DNA of 60,274 nucleotides, filler included, from Stramenopiles sp. TOSAG23-2 (taxonomy: Eukaryota): the NCBI GenBank assembly GCA_900128395.1. It is 6 parts of 6 records of this genome, joined end to end, with 100 filler letters (N's around TTAATTAATTAA, not from the genome) between each part and the next. Parts side by side here need not be neighbours in the genome. Positions count along the whole stretch, not along the records: positions 20,149 to 30,114 come from LT650055.1; positions 30,215 to 40,175 come from LT650056.1; 4 more parts are not named here. The stretch is one strand, 5' to 3'. Shown piece by piece: positions 23,764 through 33,554 of the stretch (the stretch's first letter is position 1; each line of letters begins with the position of its first letter). Made by a program: the position numbers and the translations under genes. Under the pieces are notes generated by a model, which ran no database searches, was not told the DNA's origin, and saw only the letters and a program-made list of their open reading frames with translations.

Positions 23764-23992
23764 ATCTTTCACTTCGACAACCTCACCGTTTTCGAATGAC
23801 CCCGACGTCCAGCGCGTTCAACGATAGCGCATGGAAGGATAGAAACCTACTTGTGCTTGTAGAGTATTAGTTTGCAGAGGTGCATTAGAGCTTTACTATA
23901 GTAGGATAGAATATTATTCTTGCGATTGAGTATTGAGCATTATTACTTAACACGAGAAGTGTAAAATTATTATAACTTTTAGATTTTAACCA
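23764..23992. mobile_element. Dispersed repeat family R1 copy
   Basis: Reverse complement of 3568-3822; same orientation as 34963-35184. Confidence 0.8.
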
Positions 23993-24223
23993 TTCAATAT
24001 ACTCGTATTAAATATAAAAAAAATATTTTTTATAGAAACATCTCTCTTTTTTTCTTTTCTAGTAAAAAAGTGAAAGTACACTGAATTTGTTCATCTCAAA
24101 TGTATTTTTCGAAAATATCTATCCTAAATTTTTTTCATATGATTTCATACATATAATGTGTAAACGAATATATCTTTAAACATCTATTAATGCAATAGAT
24201 CAATTCAACAGTACGTAACTTAT

Positions 24224-25615
24224 TTAATTTGCGGATTCATCATAGACGGCCTCAGCAGTGTTTTGTGCACCAGTTGCACCTGTTTTTGATACGGTGGTTG
24301 ATGCACCGGTTGATGCGCCACCAGATGCTGAACCGGTTGCTGCACCGGTTGCTGATTCTGCTTTTGCACCATCTTCACCTTCTTTGGCAAGTTTGTCTGC
24401 TGCTTCTGATGCTGATTTATCAGAGCTTGCTTCTTGGGATTTTGGGTCACTTGCACCACATTCTTTGCCTTCTGCGCAATTTCTCAATGAGGTAAGTTCT
24501 GCAATCATTTCTTCGGAGCGTCCTTTCATAACTGCACATGAATCAGTAACACGTTTTTTGTGGTCAGCGATCATATCGATCAATGAGGTAAGTTCTGCAA
24601 TCATTTCTTCGGAGCGTCCTTTCATAACTGCACATGAATCAGTAACACGTTTTTTGTGGTCAGCGATCATATCGATAATTTTCATCAATGGACCTTTATC
24701 GGAGCCTTCTGCTTCTTTCAATGATTTTTCCAATTCATCTGCTTGTTTGGTTAAGTTAAGTAAGCGACCTTCTTTACGTTTAATAAGTTTGGAAACAGTA
24801 GTGCGGAAGAAAGCAATGATTTTTTTGTCTGCACTGAAATCATCGAAGTCGTGTTTAGCATTGTTATGTGCAATTTTGTAAAGATCAAATGCATAATGGT
24901 ATGCTGCTTCACAGAATTCACCTTTGCATCGTGACATACTTGCATGTACGGATGATTCAATTTCCATAAGAGCGGTTTCTGCATGCTCTGTTTCTGTTTC
25001 TGTTGTTTCGGTCTCACAGTTCTCACATGTTTTTCCATCGCTACCTTTCTTGTCAGCGGCGTCTAATTTTGCTGCGTCTGCTGACTCATCAGCTCCTTCG
25101 TCTTCTTTGTCTTCTCTTGGAAGTTTGATTTTGCTGAATTCACTGCCTGGATTGTAGGTGTGTCCGATTGAAAGACCCAAAAGCATCATGATCTTTGCTG
25201 ATTCTTTTTGTGCTGAGATAGCTTCATCGTATGCAGTACCATAGATATGGTTAACATGTTTGATGACACTCACAAGTTTACCACGAGCAAGTTTAAGTTT
25301 AGCTAAGTAATCAGACATAACAGTGATACGTTCTTTAACTGCTTGAAGAAGATTTTTCTTGTCCCTGATACGGCGTGCGCGCATAGCTTTCAATTTGTTT
25401 TCGTCAATGGAATCCATCCATGCTTGGGATGCTTTGATTTCGTCGTCGCATGCTTTTTTCTCGTCACCGATTGCTTTTTGTGTTGTGGCGATTGCGTCAC
25501 TAGCAGTTTTGATAGCACGGTCTACATGTTCGTCAACCATAGCATCAACGTCGTGGGTTTCTTGTGCATAAGCACATGCAACTAATGCTGCAACAATTAA
25601 AAGTTGTAATTTCAT
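24224..25615 (-). CDS. Secreted coiled-coil proprotein A (paralog of 26510-27628)
   Basis: Likely start is the ATG at 25615 (MKLQLLIVAALVACAYA|QETHD signal peptide); the upstream ORF extension is UTR-like. Helical, with an acidic linker and a 96-bp in-frame tandem duplication (24485-24676). Confidence 0.88.
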   Translation of the reverse strand: MKLQLLIVAALVACAYAQETHDVDAMVDEHVDRAIKTASDAIATTQKAIGDEKKACDDEIKASQAWMDSIDENKLKAMRARRIRDKKNLLQAVKERITVMSDYLAKLKLARGKLVSVIKHVNHIYGTAYDEAISAQKESAKIMMLLGLSIGHTYNPGSEFSKIKLPREDKEDEGADESADAAKLDAADKKGSDGKTCENCETETTETETEHAETALMEIESSVHASMSRCKGEFCEAAYHYAFDLYKIAHNNAKHDFDDFSADKKIIAFFRTTVSKLIKRKEGRLLNLTKQADELEKSLKEAEGSDKGPLMKIIDMIADHKKRVTDSCAVMKGRSEEMIAELTSLIDMIADHKKRVTDSCAVMKGRSEEMIAELTSLRNCAEGKECGASDPKSQEASSDKSASEAADKLAKEGEDGAKAESATGAATGSASGGASTGASTTVSKTGATGAQNTAEAVYDESAN

Positions 25616-26509
25616 GTTGTTGTTTTTTAAATATATCGTTTGATTAATATGTTTTATTAAAGTTTGTTCGTTGTATATGATATGTCTATTTGTGTAATGT
25701 ATACATACATACACACATACACACATATTTGTTTTTATGATGTCTATATATATTATGGCTGAATGTGCTAAAACCAATACTGTGTAATGGTAGAAAAAAG
25801 CAAAAAGGCTGCGTAATTTATTTTTTTTCATTTATCCCCTCTTTTTTTTTGGATATTATCATTAACATAGAAATAGTATTAATCTAGGATAAAATCACCT
25901 CGTTTTAAATGAAAGATTTTTCGATTTAGAAAACTAGAGGCTGTGCGATACTAATATGCGTCACGTAATAAGGTGCTAGCCAGTGGCTAGCCTTCCATTT
26001 TGGATTTAAGTTGCAGGATTGCACAAAAAACTTCAGCATGTGCCGTGTGCTGTGCTATACTATTCTAAAATCCTGAAAAAAGAAACTCAAGCCCCCTCTT
26101 TTTCTTGGTACCGTACCTGGTACTTTTTTTTTTTTTTAGTTTCCTTGATTTTGTCGTCTGAAAATAAAACAGAGGACAATGAAAAACAAAAACGAAGAGT
26201 CTCAAAAAATTTATGAGCGTCAAGAAAAATATAAAAAGAGGGGGGATGTGCTCGATCAAAATATTATTAAATTACTATAAGAATAGCACTAGAAATAAAA
26301 AGGCTGAAGAACCCTGGATATGCAAACTTTAATAACACTGTTTATTAGTGTTTACACAACAAAAAATTATATATATATCTATATACATACAAACATATGT
26401 TTATACATACACCAAAGGTTTAATAAGTAGTTATTCATAATACAATATCATATACAAAAACTTATAAAGATATACATATATATAAATTTATTAATCAACG
26501 TCTATAAAC

Positions 26510-27628
26510 ATGAAATTATCAATTGTACTTTTATTAGGAATCTGTCTTGCAGTAGCAAGTGCTTCCAACATCCGTGGTGACACACCAGCAGAACAAGAAA
26601 CACATGATGCTGTAAACGTAGCACGTGGAGAAGGTGCAGCATCCGGTGCAGAAGGTGCAGAAAGTCCAGCAGCTAGTGGTGCAGAAGAAGGCGACGATAA
26701 AGCAGGGCGCGACAACGCAAAAGAAGCAGCAGCAGCAGGTGACGAAAGCAAAGCACACGCAGCAGCAACAGAAATGATTGCAACCAGTGAAAAAAGATGG
26801 GGTGACGTAAAAAATACCTGTGACGCAGAAAAGAAAGATGTAAACGACTGGATCAATAACCCAGTTGTGAACGTAGAGAAAATGACCAAAAGAAGACTTA
26901 CAGCAGAGAAAAAATTGTTAGCTGCATTAATGAGCCGCGTAGAAGGTCTTAGAAACTTTATTGCAAGAATCAAACTTACCCGCAAACGTTTACGTAAACA
27001 TATCATTGCTGTAAACGCACTGTTCAAATTAAAGTTCGACGAGAACATGGCAAATGTTGGCGCAGCAACTCAAGTACTTGCAGATATCGGTCATTTGAAA
27101 TTGGCACCATACAACCCAAAATTGAACAAGATCAAGCAATTCAAATCTTTCAGCGAAGATACCACATCCTTAATCCAATTAACAACAAAAGCATTAAAAG
27201 GCAAAACCAACTGTGCAGACAAAGATGAATGCTCCGGTGCAACCAAACTTGCATTCCAAGCATACCGTAAAGGTCTTGAATTAAACAAAGCTATGGGTGT
27301 TAACTTCGAGAAAGAACGTAAAGTATTGGGTGGCATGAGAGATGCAATCCGTCAATTGCTTGACAAAAAAACCGCAAAACTTAATAAACTTTTGGCACAA
27401 ATCGAAAGAATCAAAGGTGCTATGGCAGATGATGACTATGATGCAGCTAAAAAATCATTAGGTGAACACTTGAAAATCTTGGCAAGATCATGCGCAGGTA
27501 TGGGTGCATTTGAGAAACAACTTAAACAAAAAACCACTAAATTGCTCGGTGCTATGGACAACAAAGGAGAACTCCCAGCTAAAGCACCTGAAGTTAAAGC
27601 AGATGCAACTGGTACAGAACAACATTAA
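26510..27628 (+). CDS. Secreted coiled-coil proprotein B (paralog of 24224-25615)
   Basis: MKLSIVLLLGICLAVASA signal peptide; QETHD motif; aligns end to end by eye with proprotein A. Confidence 0.9.
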   Translation: MKLSIVLLLGICLAVASASNIRGDTPAEQETHDAVNVARGEGAASGAEGAESPAASGAEEGDDKAGRDNAKEAAAAGDESKAHAAATEMIATSEKRWGDVKNTCDAEKKDVNDWINNPVVNVEKMTKRRLTAEKKLLAALMSRVEGLRNFIARIKLTRKRLRKHIIAVNALFKLKFDENMANVGAATQVLADIGHLKLAPYNPKLNKIKQFKSFSEDTTSLIQLTTKALKGKTNCADKDECSGATKLAFQAYRKGLELNKAMGVNFEKERKVLGGMRDAIRQLLDKKTAKLNKLLAQIERIKGAMADDDYDAAKKSLGEHLKILARSCAGMGAFEKQLKQKTTKLLGAMDNKGELPAKAPEVKADATGTEQH

Positions 27629-27810
27629 TAAGGAACTTAAGATCTCCGAAAATATACGTAACGTGTAAATGGTTGAGAAACCAAAGTACGCAAAGCAAAA
27701 ATGAATGTATCATACTCAACGGAGAAGTATGATAACTGGTATACAGAGTACGAAGTAATATATATATACAAAACTTCGTATATATATATTAGCTTGAAAA
27801 AGCTATATCG

Positions 27811-28062
27811 TTCATGTTGTGTCATAAAGTTAGATTCATTCCAGCATTCATCATATTATAAAAAATTATAAAAATATACTTAAGACATTTTCAACTTTTG
27901 TTTTAAAGACACGTACACTAGAATATATATACACATATATTTTCATGTTGTGTCATAAAGTTAGATTCATTCCAGCATTCATCATATTATAAAAAATTAT
28001 AAAAATATACTTAAGACATTTTCAACTTTTGTTTTAAAGATACGTACACTAGAATATATATA
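27811..28062. repeat. Tandem duplication, period 131 bp (1 SNP seen)
   Basis: ttcatgttgtgtcataaag... at 27811 and 27942. Confidence 0.88.
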
Positions 28063-28072
28063 TACATTAATA

Positions 28073-28454
28073 TCCTTGTAAATAAGACGGATGAAACTCT
28101 CCTAAAAACAGGCGTGGTCTAATTAGTACATATTTAGTATACTATAGATATATATTTGATAGGATAATATAAAAAATCGGATATTCTAGATATTTTCAAC
28201 CAATTAACATTGGTCATTTTTGGATTTTATGAATTGGATTTTTTTCAACAATGGCAACAATGTAAATGCACCTTTGTGTGAATTGCGAATCGGATATTCT
28301 AGATATTTTCATCCAATTAACATTGGTCATTTTTGGATTTTATGAATTAATTATCTCCCAAGATCTACCTATCACATATTTATACTATACTAAATCTGTA
28401 CTAATTAGACCACGCCTGTTTTTAGGAGAGTTTCATCCGTCTTATTTACAAGGA
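28073..28454. mobile_element. MITE-like element family M2, 382 bp with about 74-bp TIRs
   Basis: TCCTTGTAAATAAGACGGATGAAACTCTCCTAAAAACAGGCGTGGTCTAATTAGTACA at the left end and its exact reverse complement at the right end; a diverged solo TIR lies at 11407-11473 on another contig. Confidence 0.88.
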
Positions 28455-28862
28455 CTTGTATACTAGAAGACACAAATACACTCTCTGCTATAGTGTGTAG
28501 TGCTAATCTGGTAAGAATATTCATTGTATTATATAGCATCGCCATACGCACTGCATACGAATCTCGTATACACGTGCATAACACACAAATCAACACTCCA
28601 GAATAAATTTATTTGATAGTAAAATATATGTATTTTGTACTTATTAGTATACTAAAATTTTATGTATCGCTTGATAGGCTCGGTAAAAATATATATTTAA
28701 AATTAATTTCATCTTGCATCTCTCTCTCTCTTTATTACTTTTATAATTATCACAATTGCCCTTCTTACATTCGACTCACCCATACACATTATTTTATATC
28801 TTTCCCACTCTTACCATTGATACATCATATATATATATATGTATGTATAAATTTATTAATAA

Positions 28863-28896
<34 letters not shown>

Positions 28897-28932
28897 TAAT
28901 ATATTAAAAAAATCAATCTTTTTTTCCAGATC

Positions 28933-29742
28933 TTACCAAATAAATGGTATTAATGCTTTTCTTTCTTTTGGGTAATTGTCAAATTTTTGCAAGTACCATT
29001 GATGATGTTGTATGGCCCTTGGACCAATATTCATCGCAGTAGTAAATGCAAATGTTGCAGCTGGCCAATTGGAACAAGCAATAGCAAAACCCGTCCATTC
29101 AACAATTTCACCAAAAAAGTTTGCACCAGAGATGTATTTAAATAACCCACTTTTTGGTATTTTATAACCTTTTTCACCCGGTTTCCTAAGATTAATCAAA
29201 ACACTATCATGGTAAAAATTGATAAACCATCCAGTGCAAAAAATGGCAAAACCAATAATAAAATTAGGCGATTGAAGCCATTCATCATCATACACATAAA
29301 AATACGTCAAGGATCTGCCCTGTAAGTATCCATTTATTACACAGAAACTAAGCGCCATAAAAAACGGTGCAAAAGCTGTTTTTTTACCTCCACGTAAACG
29401 TAACGGGAATATGCACGTACGATATATATAATGATATATAAACATTCCTAACAAGACACGGTTTGTGAATGAATTTTTAGCCTCAGCATTTCCTTCGACA
29501 TGGTAATACAACCAGTAAACGACCACTAGATTTGGCGCCTCTTGCACAATCCATGCCAACTTGCCATTGATTAAAAATCCCCACCCTGGTTTCGAATACC
29601 GACCATATGGAGCTTGAATACCAGATAATAATGCAATAGCTGCAATAATAAAAGATGCAATTAAACCTTTGCATAAGTTAATTAAAAATTCTTTCTCATG
29701 GGTAATTGCCCATGTATATGTTTCCGTCATATATTCCATCAT
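28933..29742 (-). CDS. SRD5A: 3-oxo-5-alpha-steroid 4-dehydrogenase (steroid 5-alpha-reductase, SRD5A/DET2 family)
   Basis: APYGRY, AWIVQEAP, HYIYR, NGYLQ, DSVLINLRKPGEKGYKIPKSGLFKYISGANFFGEIVEWTGFA, PRAIQHHQWY, YPKERKALIPF. Confidence 0.96.
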   Translation of the reverse strand: MMEYMTETYTWAITHEKEFLINLCKGLIASFIIAAIALLSGIQAPYGRYSKPGWGFLINGKLAWIVQEAPNLVVVYWLYYHVEGNAEAKNSFTNRVLLGMFIYHYIYRTCIFPLRLRGGKKTAFAPFFMALSFCVINGYLQGRSLTYFYVYDDEWLQSPNFIIGFAIFCTGWFINFYHDSVLINLRKPGEKGYKIPKSGLFKYISGANFFGEIVEWTGFAIACSNWPAATFAFTTAMNIGPRAIQHHQWYLQKFDNYPKERKALIPFIW

Positions 29743-29951
29743 CGTAATTTTCGCAATAAATCTTTTTGAATGTCTTTCTGTTGTTATTTATCTTTAATAT
29801 TGATATTGGTATGTAGTACACAACCCCTCATATATATCAATTCTTCAAAATATATTTTTTTCAAATAAAAAATAAAAAAAAAAAAGACGAGAGTGCGAGA
29901 GAGGCACAGAGAGTGCGAGGTGCGTTGTTAGACGCGACGAACGCAGTGCTA

Positions 29952-30114
29952 CCCTCTAAACCGTGAGAAAACTGTACACTTAACAAATAACACTATTCAC
30001 TATAGGAAATATGTAAATATCGTTTTCTAAAATGCCAATTTTATTTTTCATATATTTGTGAAAAAATAGCAAATATCCGAAAATATAGAAAAAATGATGA
30101 ATATTTCCCCCATA
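29952..30114. mobile_element. MITE-like family M3 copy, cut by the contig end
   Basis: Aligns with 32710-32863 (cacttaacaaa..ctattcactat..ccaattttatttttcatatatttgtgaaaaaatagcaaa..cccata). Confidence 0.75.
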
Positions 30115-30214
30115 NNNNNNNNNNNNNNNNNNNNNNNNNNNNNNNNNNNNNNNNNNNNTTAATTAATTAANNNNNNNNNNNNNNNNNNNNNNNNNNNNNN
30201 NNNNNNNNNNNNNN
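30115..30214. other. Artificial contig-joining spacer
   Basis: 44 N + TTAATTAATTAA + 44 N. Confidence 0.98.
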
Positions 30215-30956
30215 TATATAAAAATATATAATATATATATATGTGTGTGTATATATATATATATATATATACGTGCCATCATGCATTTCTTACATTTACA
30301 TTTGTTTCATTTCTACATTAGAGTCTTCTCCTGCCCTACGGTGGTTTTTTAATACTTCTTGTATAATGTAAAAATGACACAAATAAAATCACATAAAATA
30401 CACATAGTATATTGTACTCATTAGTATATAAACACACGAATGAACTAAAAAAAAAGTTTAAGTGTGCGGAAGACCAGATTAAGGATTTTGAACGATGTCC
30501 ATACAAAAAGATTTTCAATAGTATGCCCTGCTTCTGAGTGTGCCGCAAGGTTTTATATTTAGCAGGTAAATAGCATTAATCCATCCATCATCCAATACCT
30601 CTCTTCCGAAATCTTTATTTAGCAGGTAAATAGCATTAACATCATCCAATATCTTTTTTTTTCTCTTTTTTTTATTCTTAAAATTGAATAATGATGCACA
30701 TAGTAGATGTATATTGACAAAACAAGAAGAGGAACATAATCGTATGAATAATAGCAACGTTTTATTATATATCTATATTTGACGCGTTCTACCTTGTTAT
30801 TTTTATTTCAGGTTTATTTTTTTGCTCGTTTTATTATCATCTTTTAGTTTATATAAGTAGTTATATTTTCTTATATTTTTTTTTTTTTTTTTTGGGATTT
30901 TAATTAATAGTTCATTTTTTGTGTGTTTTTGTTGTTGTACATATTATTATACAATC

Positions 30957-32420
30957 ATGATCATGTTTACCATACTTCTAATTATGATTATTATGATGCA
31001 AAAAACAACAACAACCCAAGCTAGTGTTTTCAAACAACAAGTTAAACATGATTGGTGTATGAATAAACCAATTAATGGTAAATACACCCTAGCAGAAGAT
31101 TGTGGACTTCATAAAATCAGCGGAAGATGTATAGTAAATCAAGATGAACATGCTACAGCTATTTGCATTTATAATGAAAACGAACTGGAAATTGATGGGA
31201 TACGCAAAGCAAATGGTTTATTACCACGAATTTATCGACAGGATTTTAGCCAAAAATATCGCCTATTTACGTTACATGGCGGTGGCATATTGAAATTAAA
31301 CCACGTTATTGTCAGTGGTGGAGATTTAACAGGATTAAAAGAATATGCTGGTGCTGGTGGTGCAATATTTGTTTTCTCTAATTCCCGTATCATTCTATCA
31401 AACAGTATTATACGAGATAATATTGTTAGTGCAGGTAGAGGTGGAGGAGGACTATATGTTGGTGCAAATGGTGGAAAAATCTTGATGAATAGCAATACAT
31501 TGATTTATAATAATTCAGCAACTGGTAGTAATGGTGGAGGGTTATATTGTAGCCAAAATACCAAGTGTGTTTTAAACACCTCATCACAATTGCTGAACAA
31601 TCATGTAACTGGAAAAGGTGGTGGTATGTATTGCGAACGAGCAAGCGCCTGTATAATTGTTGCACAAAGTTCTGTTTCACAAAATGTTGGAAACAATGCT
31701 CCATCTGGTATTTTTTGTGAAGCATTTGCTGGATGTAGCACGGATGGAACCGCATTTGTCAATTCTCCATGGTGTTTGCCAGGAACAGCAGGAAATTTAC
31801 ATGGAACTAGTTTAACAAAAGATAATTGGGAAACACAACCAAAAAATTCAGGTATATGCACAGATTGTGTTCCTGGTACATATTCAGATACAAACAATGC
31901 GGAGCAATGTAAGAATTGTCCAACAGAAACCATTTCCATTTATAAGGCTGTAAGATGTGAGGGCGCATCGAAGAAAACAGATAGTAATGTTAATTATTTA
32001 ATTGGTGATGAAGAAACGTTATGGCGTTTTGTTGGATACAGTGTTGGAATCATTGTTGGCTTGTTTCTGATGTACAAAAGCTGTATATTTTGTACATTAA
32101 AATATACTGGCAGGCTTAATCCAGATATGCCACTTTGGAAGGCATATCTTTTTACAATATTGTATGGCAATAGTAATGATGACCACGTGCTTCCAGATGG
32201 CCAACGTAAAAATATGGATGTTGCTATGAATGACATTACAAACAAGACCACTCCGTTACTTGGAAATGAAGAGGATGTAGAAGAAGAAAGTTTTCTTGGG
32301 GATAATGATGATAATGATGATGATGATGATAACGAAGAAGGGGAAACGAGAAAAAAGAGGAAGAAGAAGAAAAAGACGAAGAAATTAAAACAGAATGAAC
32401 AAGAATATACGCAAGTTTAA
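30957..32420 (+). CDS. Type I membrane protein: beta-helix (Pmp-like GG[A/G] repeats), Cys-rich ephrin-receptor-like repeat and TM helix
   Basis: First ATG at 30957 gives a signal peptide; GGAIFV, GGGLYV, NSATGSNGGGLYC, GGGMYC repeats; CTDCVPGTYS..C..CP; TM FVGYSVGIIVGLFLMY; acidic/basic tail. Confidence 0.85.
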   Translation: MIMFTILLIMIIMMQKTTTTQASVFKQQVKHDWCMNKPINGKYTLAEDCGLHKISGRCIVNQDEHATAICIYNENELEIDGIRKANGLLPRIYRQDFSQKYRLFTLHGGGILKLNHVIVSGGDLTGLKEYAGAGGAIFVFSNSRIILSNSIIRDNIVSAGRGGGGLYVGANGGKILMNSNTLIYNNSATGSNGGGLYCSQNTKCVLNTSSQLLNNHVTGKGGGMYCERASACIIVAQSSVSQNVGNNAPSGIFCEAFAGCSTDGTAFVNSPWCLPGTAGNLHGTSLTKDNWETQPKNSGICTDCVPGTYSDTNNAEQCKNCPTETISIYKAVRCEGASKKTDSNVNYLIGDEETLWRFVGYSVGIIVGLFLMYKSCIFCTLKYTGRLNPDMPLWKAYLFTILYGNSNDDHVLPDGQRKNMDVAMNDITNKTTPLLGNEEDVEEESFLGDNDDNDDDDDNEEGETRKKRKKKKKTKKLKQNEQEYTQV

Positions 32421-32728
32421 AAAAATAAAAAAAAATTGAATATATACGACGAACACGGTAATGATATTTAAAAATATAAGCATAAAAAAAATAAAAAAAA
32501 AAGGAGAGAGAGACTTTACGTAGTATTACGTGTGGTTAATAAAATATTTTATAATATAAATAACAAAATACATGTGATGGACGCAAATACAATAAGGAGA
32601 TGTAACATGAAATATCATAAAAAAAAAAAAATATAAAATAACATATGATGGATGACGCACTCTGACGCACACTATAAATAATAAAAACATGCCAAAAAAA
32701 TAACTGTGCACTTAACAAAATAACAAAA

Positions 32729-32876
32729 TAAAACTATTCACTATGGGAGATATGTATATATCGAAATTGGTTTTCTAAAATACCAATTTTATTTTTCATA
32801 TATTTGTGAAAAAATAGCAAAATATCCGAAAATATAGAAAAATAATTGAATATTTCTCCCATAGTGAATAGTTTTA
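32729..32876. mobile_element. MITE-like family M3 core, 148 bp with perfect 22-bp inverted ends
   Basis: TAAAACTATTCACTATGGGAGA ... TCTCCCATAGTGAATAGTTTTA; second copy at 29952-30114. Confidence 0.8.
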
Positions 32877-33065
32877 CGTGTACCGTTTTTAAACGTTTTT
32901 TTCAGTTTTGACACGGTTTAAAGGTGGCCTTAAATGGTCTAATAAAAAAGATTATTAAAAGTGGGGGCTAATGCTATGTAGTAGTAGTGCTAAAGTTTCT
33001 CAATAAAGTTATAGAAAACATTTAATTATCGATTCAAAAAAAAAAAATGCATTTTATCAATACCT

Positions 33066-33414
33066 GATATAATTTTTACTGTGCCGGCCAGTCACCGATT
33101 TTCGGTACAAATTTTTATTAATACTTAAACACTATATTAGCTATCAAATACACAAATTAATCGGTTTTCAGGTTTTCGAGTGGTTGAGTTTTACTGTGCC
33201 GGCCAGTCACCGATTTTCGGTACAAATTTTTATTATACTTAAACACTGTATTAGCTATCCAATACACAAATTAATCGGTTTTCAGGGTTTTCAATAAATT
33301 TCGAGTGTGAGTTTTGGATTAATTTGTGTATTTAATAGGTATATATAGTATTTAAGTATAATATACAAATTGTACCGAAAATCGGTGACTGGCCGGCACA
33401 GTAAAAATTATATC
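33066..33414. mobile_element. Foldback/MITE-like element M4 with about 100-bp inverted arms; left arm duplicated
   Basis: GATATAATTTTTACTGTGCCGGCCAGTCACCGATTTTCGGTACAA at 33066 with its reverse complement ending at 33414; second left-arm copy near 33189. Confidence 0.8.
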
Positions 33415-33554
33415 GGGGTCGAATGCGATATATACAACAATATATATGTATATATCTTCCTTCATACAAGAATATAGCTGCACTTTGTGTATTACACGAA
33501 AAACATATATATATAACAAGAAATATATACAACAATTTGAACATTTTTATTATT

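Noticed and set aside
24485-24676. 32-aa repeat as a real feature of proprotein A
   Set aside because: Nucleotide-identical tandem copy that is absent from paralog B and matches the window-wide duplication pattern; probably an assembly artefact.
25616-25831. 72-aa N-terminal extension of the 24224-25831 ORF
   Set aside because: Composed of AT-rich and (TG)n UTR-like sequence; the signal peptide starts at ATG 25615, matching the paralog.
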